Source: Fimbriosthenelais zetlandica (lineage: Eukaryota). Taken from it: a stretch of 64,000 bases of DNA. The stretch is taken from positions 18,104,001 through 18,168,000 of the forward strand of contig OZ365112.1 in NCBI GenBank assembly GCA_977030845.1, written 5' to 3'. Of this stretch, positions 54,588-64,000 are shown piece by piece; the first letter of the stretch is position 1; every line of letters starts with the position of its first letter. The position numbers and the translations under genes were made by a program. Under the pieces are notes generated by a model. That model was not told the DNA's origin. It ran no database searches and saw nothing but the letters and a program-made list of their open reading frames with translations.

Positions 54588-54827
54588 TTGGATTTGAGCA
54601 TCTTTGTTTTATAATCATCCTCCAGCCGCCTCTTGACCTCCTCTAGTTGCGTCATAGGGTTGGGAGGGTCGAGGAGAGGCATTGAAGGGTCTTGTACCAT
54701 GGGTTGTGTGGGGAGTACCGACCGGTCACCAAAGTCGGATGAAACCGACGTGGACAGTTGTGAATGCAGACTGCGGTCAAGTGAAGCTGACCGGCTAACA
54801 TTATATTGTACTGGCTTCTTACTGGCG
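54588..54827 (-). CDS. Axin: Axin exon with the conserved QDPSMP...PNPMTQLEEVKRRL motif
   Basis: Acceptor ttctattctttcag|C, donor AA|gtaagt, 240 nt, phase 2-2. Matches human AXIN1 [24 protein letters not shown]. Confidence 0.96.
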
Positions 54828-55622
54828 CTGAAAGAATAGAAAAGATTTAAATAAATATGGGAACATAAAGATCCACTGCAAGCGGGCAAAGATATAACTT
54901 GAATCTAAATAAAACTAAGTGTACTTTGACATTGCAAAATTTAGGGACCAATTTTATAGGGAGTTCCAACAAGTAGTTTTCCACCATTCTACCCGCATTT
55001 GGATAGCGATGGTGTACATACTCATCAACTTTAGCGATTCTAGTCTGTGTGATGGGGAGGGACATTCTGCCCCATGTGAGGATGTGTTTTTGAGGGCCTC
55101 TGTTGGGAGCGTCTCATGTCTCCATCTCACACAGTGGATGAGGAGACAGGAGAGATGGAGAATTAATGTATCCCTCCAGCCAGCTCCACAGCTCTCAGCT
55201 TTCATCTTAACGTGATAAAAAAGTCTCTGCTTTCCTCTATACAATACAGCAACTAGAAAGCCACGCAGATAGGCCTGAGAGGCTGTGTGTTCTTGGACTT
55301 GAAAGGCCAGTGGTAAAGAGCCGTGTGGCTTAAAGACTTGTGTCAAGTGTAGCCTGAGCTCAAAGCTGACTGGCCGAGTGACGACATCATACAAAATGTT
55401 CCATCAGGGAGATCCCCACAAAGCCGGGCCCCAAACCAGGCCCGACTGGTGGCAGAAAGGCACCAGAGACTGTGCTGGGCCTTTCATGGAGAAGGCAAGG
55501 CGGAGGGAAAGGATACACATGAAAGAGTGGTGAATCATAATTAAAAAGTGGCCAGTAAATCATGTCATGGTCGCAGGGCAGTATTAGTGGTCAGTCTGCA
55601 AACCCGGCTGCCTCACAAGTAC

Positions 55623-55751
55623 ATCAAAGCGTGCCGTGATCTCACATCAAAGTAGACACGGGCAAAGAGACCGTGTATCACAGGCCGGCCTGGCTACTGA
55701 GTCCCTCACTCACACAGACTTATTAGCTACAATAAAAGATCTCAATCAAAG
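55623..55751. promoter_or_regulatory. Intronic TCF/LEF cluster
   Basis: ATCAAAG at 55623, 55646 and 55745; the first two have the optimal ACATCAAAG context. Confidence 0.5.
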
Positions 55752-56479
55752 GCTGACTCGAAAGGAATAACACAAAAACTCCTCCCTCAAAGTCCCTCTT
55801 GGAGCGGACTATTTAGTGTCGATTCCTTACAGGGTGTTGCACAGCATACTAGAAGCTAACTTGGCTTCTCAAAGGGTAATTAAAATTGGCTGTGCTGTTG
55901 GGGGTTGATGGGTAGGAGGGTTGGGTGGTGACGAACAGTAATCATCCCGACTGGTTGAGCTAATTCTTTAAAAACTGGCTTTGAGAATGAATGAGGAAAC
56001 TATCGTTCTTCCTACCCCATACATCTGAGTGAAAATCCCCTTTTCGTCAAGTTTCAACCACCGATCTAAATGTAGGCCCCATTTATTTGCACATCACATC
56101 GGAAGCAAGGCAACTGAACATGAAGGGTGAGTAATTGCCGTCAAATACCCTTGCCAGCCACAAGGCGCCAATCCATGCACTACTCGCCCTCAGCGTACAC
56201 GGGGCATGGCCACTGACAACACCTCCTGTTGGAAGGAGTGGCTTTTGTGTTGATAGGGGTCAGGGCTTGATCAGACTGAGCTCTCTGATGACTAATTGGA
56301 GAACTCAATGGATAAAGGGCTTGATTAGGAACTTGTTGCTAGTAAAGCCTATCTTAGATGGATGTATGTGCTAACAAGATGAGTAGCAAGATGGACTAAT
56401 CTTCCGAGTGCAATGAGTGGGAATCATGGGGAAATTTAGCAGACTATTTCAGTGAGTGATGGTCGGATGGAGAGCTTAC

Positions 56480-56629
56480 CTTTGCCGGTGAGGAGCCGGT
56501 GTACCTGAGGAAGACTTGTGGGAGGACGAGTGTATAGAGCGCTTGTGAGAGGAGCTCTTCTCGGAGCCGTCCGTAGAATACTGAGTGTTGGTGTGCACCT
56601 TCTCATTCTCCATCATCCACGCTAATACC
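56480..56629 (-). CDS. Axin: Axin exon (VLAWMMENEK...HRQ)
   Basis: Acceptor gtgtatttgcag|G, donor AG|gtaagc, 150 nt, phase 2-2. The spliced NEKVLAWMMENEK corresponds to human AXIN1 NQKIMQWIIEGEK. Confidence 0.93.
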
Positions 56630-56955
56630 CTGCAAATACACAAACAGATTCCCATTAACAAAAATTAAAGTGATAACAGCTTAATATTAAACATTTTAAT
56701 ACAAGATGATGCCAGGATAAAGATTTCTCAGAGAATGCTGAGAGTCCAAATTCCAAAGTTATTTTTCTGACCTTGATGGTGCTATGGTCCTGTGATCATA
56801 GGATCACAAGGGGAGGACAATCCCCCACCTCCTTTCCCTCCCTTCCCCCACACTCCCACCAGTGGCCGGATAGCCTGTTTACTGCACAAACACAAGGCCC
56901 CTTTGTGGGCAGAAATGTGGCTTTTTTCTCGTGCTAACTACAAAGCAGCGCTCCT

Positions 56956-57571
56956 ATCAAAGTCCTACATCTGAACACGGCCAGCTTTGATGTCCACAGC
57001 GGGCCATGCAGCGCAGAGAGACGGGTCAGCTACTGTTTTCTCTGTACCAAACCTCATCATAGAGAAAAGAGGGGGTGGGGGTCTCTATAGCCCCCCTCCT
57101 CCTAGCCTCAGCCTTTGAGGTCTCATTACGGGGCTCTGATCTCACGGAGGAGATGCAGAGATCTGGGTGAGGCAGTAAAAGGCGCTTTGCAGGGCAAGGG
57201 AACGTGTTGTCATGCACACACGACCCACAGGTACTGTCAAGGGGAGGGCGAGCGGGAAGGGGACGTCTACAGAAAGAGATGTAGACAGTGTTGATAAGTG
57301 AAATGTTAAACTATTAAGCTGCATAATGCTTTTCCAAGTATAACATCATTTCAATATCAACTTTGAGAATAATGCCATACATATAACGCATACACAGGTG
57401 TGATCTGTATAATATGTAATAGGTTCGATCCAGCAGGGCACAAGGCGGGCAATGAATGGACTGGAGGAAAGTTGTAAGCATATGGAGCTGGGATTTAATG
57501 CATGACAAACAATAACTTACATCACTGACACACAGCTCAGGGGGACATCAAAGCTAAGCATTCTCTTTGAT
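56956..57571. promoter_or_regulatory. Two inverted TCF site pairs in an Axin intron
   Basis: ATCAAAG-N22-CTTTGAT (56956-56991) and ATCAAAG-N11-CTTTGAT (57547-57571). Confidence 0.45.
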
Positions 57572-58857
57572 GGCCTTGTGAAGCTGGGCTCTATGTATGT
57601 GTCTCTAGGCAGCCACGCCCAGCGTTAACGTGTGTTGTTAACAGGGCACGTATGGCACTTGAATCTTCCTTCACTCGCCTATATGATACGAAGGTCAGGA
57701 GACAGAGGCTCAATCTGACTTTGTATCTGGTAAAAGCTCATAACGTAGCTTTCATGAGGGCTCTCTCTACAACATAAAGGCGAGCTCCGAATCGAATTAT
57801 TATATCTTCTTCATTTCATCTAATGGAATAAAGTTGCTCAGAGGCTAACGTTTCAAGAGGCAAGAGGTCTTTGCTATTTAGACCTGCCATCAGTCAACAG
57901 GTCACATCGTGGCTTTGTTGAGAGGGGAGTGGAAAGAATGAAACTGAAACAATGGGGAAGGAATAAAGGAAGGATAGGCTGAACGAAGGGAAGTGAGACG
58001 GATCTAGTGGCGGTGGGGTGCTGGGAGAGGTTGATGAGGGTGTTTGGAGGGGAACCAAAAGCTTTCATCCACCCTCTGCTAATTGCTATGGGGGATGATT
58101 TCAATGATAAAAAGGCCTTTAATAAGTGATCACAACGCGCTTAAATAGTGCAACATCAAAGGCACAGCTGGATCCCGCCTGGCCAGATCAGGCCTAGGTG
58201 TGTGTACAGTGCGGGGGTTAATTTTTGTTCACTAGTCACAGCCGTTTATTCAGACTCCTTTTGCCATGACCTAGCCCTCATTGAACTCCCTTTTCTTCTA
58301 TACAAGATCACAAGATGGCCATCCCGCACAAGATCGGGGCATGCCAGGTCCGTCAAAGAAGAGGAATCCTGAGTCATCAAAAGAAGGTGACCTCCGTCCT
58401 CTAAACACACAAACCCCGACCTTGGCTCCACACATAACAGACGCCAGGTGATCAAGAGGGACGTCAACTCCTACAAGCTTTGCTGCCCAAGTTATGCGTG
58501 AAGCATTTTAAACATGGCCAAATACTGAGGGCTCCTTGCAGCTATGGGTATAAATCACTTGGGGAGTGAATACGTATAAAGTATATTCAGTGCATTCCCA
58601 TGGCCGCCGATGTATATACCCAGAAACAACTTTCATAGAGAGTTGACATGGCAGCCTTTCATCTAACCACTTCTATCACATTCTCGTGTATATTTTATTC
58701 CAGTTAAGTTCCTTCAGGTAAAGATATCAAAGTACAGGCAGGTAGTCACGACAGTCAGACAGACTAAAGCACCCACGCTCTCTACACACCAGACCTCAAC
58801 TATACTAAGATTGCCGGTAAAGCTAAGGTAAAGCATGACAAGTCCATTGCATTCAAA

Positions 58858-58871
58858 GGGGGGGGGGGGGG
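58858..58871 (+). repeat. Poly-G run (14 G)
   Basis: Direct reading. Confidence 0.9.
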
Positions 58872-59049
58872 AATTCTAACAGAAGTTTCTTAATTTTTTC
58901 ACAAAATATAGTCTAAAAGATGAAAAGCCTTTCAATAAAAACTTTCAAGAAGACTTGAGAATTCATCCATTGTTTTAAATTTCATCCTTTGACAAAGACC
59001 ATCCCAAAGGTAGGCCTGATCAAAGATTACTGGCTTTAAGTCAACTTTT

Positions 59050-59900
59050 TAAGCTTCACTTTCAACCACCGGCCCACTTGAGTCCATTGTGGCTCCTGTT
59101 TTCGCCCACTTCAAACATGAGGATTCTTTCAGCGAGCCGGGACTGGCACGGTTGATCTGTCATTTCCGGGTGTTGCCAGTTCGCCTCGCTCCCCTCCGCT
59201 CTTTTCGCGCCTTCTCATAAGCACAACTCTCCGCCTTTCATCTCTGCAAAAACCCGATCCCTCCTGCTCCGCTTTTTAATACCCGATCGTCCTCGCCACT
59301 CCGTTTACCAATTACACTTGCGCCCATCAACAAATGCTGGTGAATACATCAAATTTTAACCGGTTCTCTCTCCTCCTTTCATCAAGAGCTGGCGGCTGCT
59401 CTGCGCGCTTTGATGACAAAACGCGACCAGGATCCGGAGCCAGCCCTTCATAGAGGGATCCACATCCAGGCGCCACCACAAATATCAATTACAAAACCAC
59501 CTCCTCCCCCAGCCCGACAATAGAGAGCTATTCACAACCCATCCTTCAGAGCTGCTCGGGGAGGGGGAGGGGGAAGGCTATTGGTGGCCTAAAGGATAGT
59601 AGAGCTGCTCCATGCTTTGAGCTGCCACCACAAATTGTCAAATTACCCCCCGTCCCAGCAGCGTCCTCCAATCGGGACGGACGCGGGCTTTTATTACCCC
59701 CCACCCTGCCACTAATCCCGCCTGTTTACCAGCCTCTAATCCACGGATTACCGCCCCCGCCCCCCTAACACTGCCCCCATGGTGGGGAGAGATCCAAGCT
59801 TCCTTTATCTGCCACCAGCTGGCGCGGGATGTGAGGGCAGGGCGTGGCGCTAATAGTTGGTCCCAGCAAGAAGATCAAACAGCCACCAAGTCATGTACCA
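59050..59900. promoter_or_regulatory. CpG/GC-rich intronic element with a TCF site, GC boxes and an inverted TAATCC pair
   Basis: Many CpGs. GCGCTTTGATG near 59408, CCGCCCCCGCCCC near 59751 and TAATCCACGGATTA at 59737-59750. Confidence 0.45.
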
Positions 59901-60433
59901 ACAGCCCCTATGGTAGATGAGAGGGTGGTCGCCCATCCCTCCTGTTATCATGCTTCTACTGCTACAGTGGTCGGCTGGGGGAGGGGGTACTACCCCACCA
60001 TCCTTTATACATACACATCCAAATCCTCTATATACAGAAACAGCCCCTCCCTACAGTCCTTCCTCCCATGCCTAAATTAAAGGCACTATTCACCTGTCTT
60101 TGTGACTTGTGATTAACAGTGTCCCTCAGAGAGGAACACCCTCCCTTGTGAAGCCAGTTTTCCTTTTATACACATGGCTTCCCTCCACCCAGTGCACTGT
60201 GAAGCCTGGGCTACATTACTGGGATAAGGACGTTCATACCAAGCACTCTTATCACTAACGTCCCATTGTTTTTCCCTGTAAATGGTGCACAATCAGCTGG
60301 TCAACTCTACCCCAACCCCAACCTCCTTTCCTGTAGTTCCTCTGTAATTTTACCCCATGCTGAATGAACATAGATAAGAAGAACAGACAGAGAGTAGTTG
60401 ATAATTAGTTGAAGTACTAAGTGCAATACTTAC

Positions 60434-61152
60434 TTTTCATTGGCTGGGTATCCCGTGGGCTCATATCGTACACTAACTCCACTGTCGATGTTACTACTCG
60501 TATCCAAACTCTTCTTAGTGTTTGATGAGCGTTTAGTGTCCTTTGATCGCCCTCTTGACCCGGGTTCTTCCCAACTTCTTGAGAATTCAGAGAAAGATCG
60601 TTCAGCCCGGTGATGTCCTGAACTCCGGTTGTGAGGATCAATCTCCATATGCTGGCTTTTATTTAAACTAAGTTTAGAGTCCTTGCTGTTGTGGTGATGA
60701 TGGTGGTGATGATGGACATGTTTGCTAAGGCGATCGCCATCACCATAGCGATTATATACACCTGACTTTTCCTCACCCATCCCACTATCAAAGGATAATA
60801 GAGAAGTGAGGTGAGATGCACTGTCCTTGTCTTTAGTTCTTTTAATATGGTTAGGTTTATGTGGTAAAGATATGCCTGACACATTTGGAGAAGGACCAGC
60901 AATCATTCTCCTTCCGGATAAGCTCCGGTCACGATCCGACGTTCGCTCTGGAGAATGTCTACCTGGAGTCCGGCTGGGTGTCTGTCCAGCGGAACTGTCC
61001 CATATCCTAGAACAATGCTCCTCCAATATGCTTTGGGCATTGTCCTCCCGCTCCTTCTCTGCCATGGCGGCTGACATGAGGGCCATCATAGACACTGACT
61101 TATTATGAGCAGATAACGTTGATTTGTTCATGTCCTCTTCGTCTGTCATCTG
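60434..61152 (-). CDS. Axin: Axin exon encoding the beta-catenin-binding region and His tract
   Basis: Acceptor tctcttttatcttta-CAG-CAG (phase 0), donor AA|gtaagt, 719 nt open. AQSILEEHCSRIWDSSAGQTPSRTPGRHSP matches the Axin beta-catenin-binding helix and S/TP cluster (human [21 protein letters not shown]). HVHHHHHHHH is also Axin-typical. Confidence 0.96.
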
Positions 61153-62592
61153 CTGTAAAGATAAAAGAGAGGAGGATATTAATAAACAGCAGCTTAACGG
61201 TTAACTGAGATATATTATGGTTACATATAAAGACAGCAAATATCGCCAACAGTAATCTTGCTCTATAAAAGATTTTCAATTCATACAGGCTCTTGCTATG
61301 TTACATCCCCTACTTGGTAAAATATGAATATTAGACCACTCGACATCATGTCTTATCAATATGACATACTGTCACTTCCTTATCGTTATCACAATGTGTG
61401 TGGTAATCTTCATCCCCGTCTCAGTGCATATACATCTTGACTGCAGGTCAATTTGATCGTGTTGAACATTTACAGCTGATAAGAAAGTTAAACATCACCT
61501 GACCCGTGATATATCTCAGCTTGGGCTTTAGAGTTTCAGAGAGAACTTCATACAAAAGTACATTGATTTCTTATCAGACTACTTCAAAGAATCAAAGAAT
61601 CAATGTGTAGACAGTGTGGGTAAACGAACTATGGTGCAACAAGTGCCCCATGTGATGCACTACTCACAAGCCCCTCCCACTGATTCGACTACTGGCAGGA
61701 CTACCATTTACGGAGGAGGCTCAATCTCACAAGCTCTTAACAGTCCTTCTGACTAACCAAACAATGACTTGTCAAACCAACCTGATCGGCTTCATTAACC
61801 ATGCACATGATTTGAGTAATGACAGTCACAGTTCATTGAGATTTTTGGTTACCGGTGTCACTGAGCAATGATTAATAAGTCTGACACATAAAAAAAACAG
61901 GCAAAAACATGAACTAAAGCTCAGAAGTACGGGTAGAATACCCAACAACAAAGACAGGTAGGGCAGTTCAGGACGACCTGGGCGTGGATTGACTTTGATC
62001 TCGGCAGTTGAGGAGAGGAAGATGAAAGATTGGGAGAGGATGAAAGAGAATGGGGAGACATCGAGATGAGTATTATAGAAAACGTCGGTGAGATGAGCTT
62101 ATATCAAAGATAAACCCTACAAACAAGACTTCAGTTGGTGGAAAGGGGTTGTGATCACTGGACCAGAACTGGGGGAACAAGCAACAGAGGACCTGCTGGG
62201 GGCTGACCCCGATACACGACAATAGAGGTACAACAGGCGCAACTATTTCTGCCCCTTTTGTCCCTTTCTCCCTCAAGCAACCACACTTCATAATGCAACT
62301 CATAGCGCACACAACCAGGGTTTATATCGACACTTGTGTTACAACCAAGAGTTCATTCATTTTCCCTTATCAATAGAACGAAACAAATGCTGAGCTGGGC
62401 ACAAATCTTAACAGAAGCCAAAAACACACTTAGAGTAAAGTTAGCTACCGCTGAGTGCTGTGAGAGGGCCGGATGTTTGTCACCCCGGTGTGTTTAAGCC
62501 TTTGATAATATTTGGCCTTTCTTGTCTGAGGAGAAAAACTTAACAGAAGCCAATAACATTTCACCAAATACCAAGCAAAACAGCTGACTCAC

Positions 62593-63000
62593 CATGGGTT
62601 CCTCCTCGTTCTCATGGATCACACCAAGTGTGGCTGAGATATGTTTGTTTAATAGAGACTCGGTGTTGAGGTTGTTCATGCACTTGTTGTTATTAAAGTT
62701 ATGATTGTTGGTCATGGTTCTGTTCTGGTTACCACACCATTTGACACCCATGCTTTCAAGTCCAGCTTTCAGTGCGCGGCGGATTTCATCTTCAACATTC
62801 TCAGATATGACATTACCAACAGTGAGCGGCATGACACCGTTACCATTAGACAGCATGGTCCAGACTTTATCCTGGGGGCAAGTGTTCCCCTGCTCAGCCA
62901 TGTAGTACTCCGTACCTTGTCGATGGATGACTTTGATTAATGATATGCTACTTCCCAGCACCAGAGAATCCCCGTCCTGAGTGAGGTTAAGCATCTTCAT
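62593..63000 (-). CDS. Candidate additional or alternative Axin exon (MKMLNLTQ...LGVIHENEEEPM)
   Basis: Frame open from 63084 to the donor ATG|GTGAGT at 62593/62592, which is phase 0 and in frame with the 61152 acceptor. First ATG at 63000. Possible acceptors at 62977 (phase 0) and 63062 (phase 2). No homology recognised. Confidence 0.55.
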
Positions 63001-64000
63001 CCTCGCTGAGTGGTTGTAGGCTATGGCATGCCCAGACACACATGTGACATACAAGTAATAACTGTAGAATAACACTAAACTGTTCTAGCAGCGTCTCTTG
63101 CTTATTCCACAGTCTTAACTGGATGTAGCCCTGGTCAGACTGTTCTCTGTGGGCTGCTGTTGTTGTCTGGTCTCTCAGTGGGACAGCTGTGGCTGCATGG
63201 ACTGGGTGGAGACAGACTGACAGGTGCCTCTCTGCCTGCCTCAATGGGGAACAATGGACTTCACAGCAAAGGACTCACAGAGTCCAAATTCCTCTTACAA
63301 GTAAGCTTCCTACGGGTCTATATGATGTAGGATTCCAGTGTAAGTGACAGGATTCCACTGTCAAATCCGTATCAATGTATGACTAACGAGTGATAACAGC
63401 TGAGATACCGAGTGCCTGATGCTGAGGCCTCTCACTCTCCACTACTACCTGCTCAACTCCCAGTCAGAGCACTAATGTCTCTACTCCCCTTACTCACACC
63501 CTCTCAGCCAACCCAACCCCGCTGCTCATTGGCTGCTTGCACAGCTGAGCCTGTGCTGCCGCCGGTGACAGAAGACTGAACTAAAACATTGATGACCTGG
63601 GAAAAGGCTTCGGAAACAAGTGTGCTATGCTTATTAGGGGTTGATTAGATACGTAACCGACAGGTAATCTAGGAGGAAAAACTAATTTTCTTTGTAATAA
63701 GTGAAGAGGGAGGAGAATGGGAACACGACCTGTTACTTTGAGTCACATATTTGAGGCAGCATCTGGTATTGTGTGCACGTTTATGGTGGCAACATCAGAG
63801 GACCGTGTTTAGCATTTTACGAGGAGAAAGGCTTGGTAATGCATTCCCTCCATACACAGATCAATAGCATTTCTTACAAGGAGAGACATATGTGCATACA
63901 TAGAGAAGCATCAAAGAGGACTGCTGTCTTTTGATGATAAAATCAACGTTAAGTACATAAAATAGGGGGGTCTAAGCAGCACCCCCGCCCCTTCATTACC

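Noticed and set aside
54954-55394. 146-aa minus-strand ORF in an Axin intron
   Set aside because: No compatible splice sites seen, random-looking composition and no Axin similarity.
60088-60125. CAG|GTGAAT donor on the minus strand suggesting another Axin micro-exon
   Set aside because: The nearest plausible acceptor gives 31 nt, which is frame-breaking.

Overview
Eukaryotic (animal, probably invertebrate bilaterian) genomic DNA of roughly 40% GC. The right quarter holds the 3' part of an Axin gene on the minus strand. Six GT-AG exons (61152 down to 51220) splice in frame into 517 aa containing the beta-catenin-binding helix, a His tract, the QLEE-x-RRL motif and the DIX domain, followed by a probable ~2.2 kb 3'UTR. 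The N-terminal tankyrase/RGS/GSK3-binding exons lie beyond the right edge. One exon (54332-54469) is absent from the supplied ORF track. The upstream Axin intron contains a further 128-161-codon open segment ending in a phase-compatible GTGAGT donor and encoding a PP2A-B56-type LxxIxE motif, a candidate undescribed Axin exon or isoform. The ~46 kb downstream of Axin has no recognisable coding exons. The whole window is dense in TCF/LEF (Wnt-response) motifs: about 80 CTTTGAT/ATCAAAG by manual count versus about 12 expected, often clustered and some paired with helper or CRE motifs. The left end has a coding-like 21-bp repeat and a ~350-bp tandem array rich in RFX X-box palindromes. All counts are by eye and no database searches were run.
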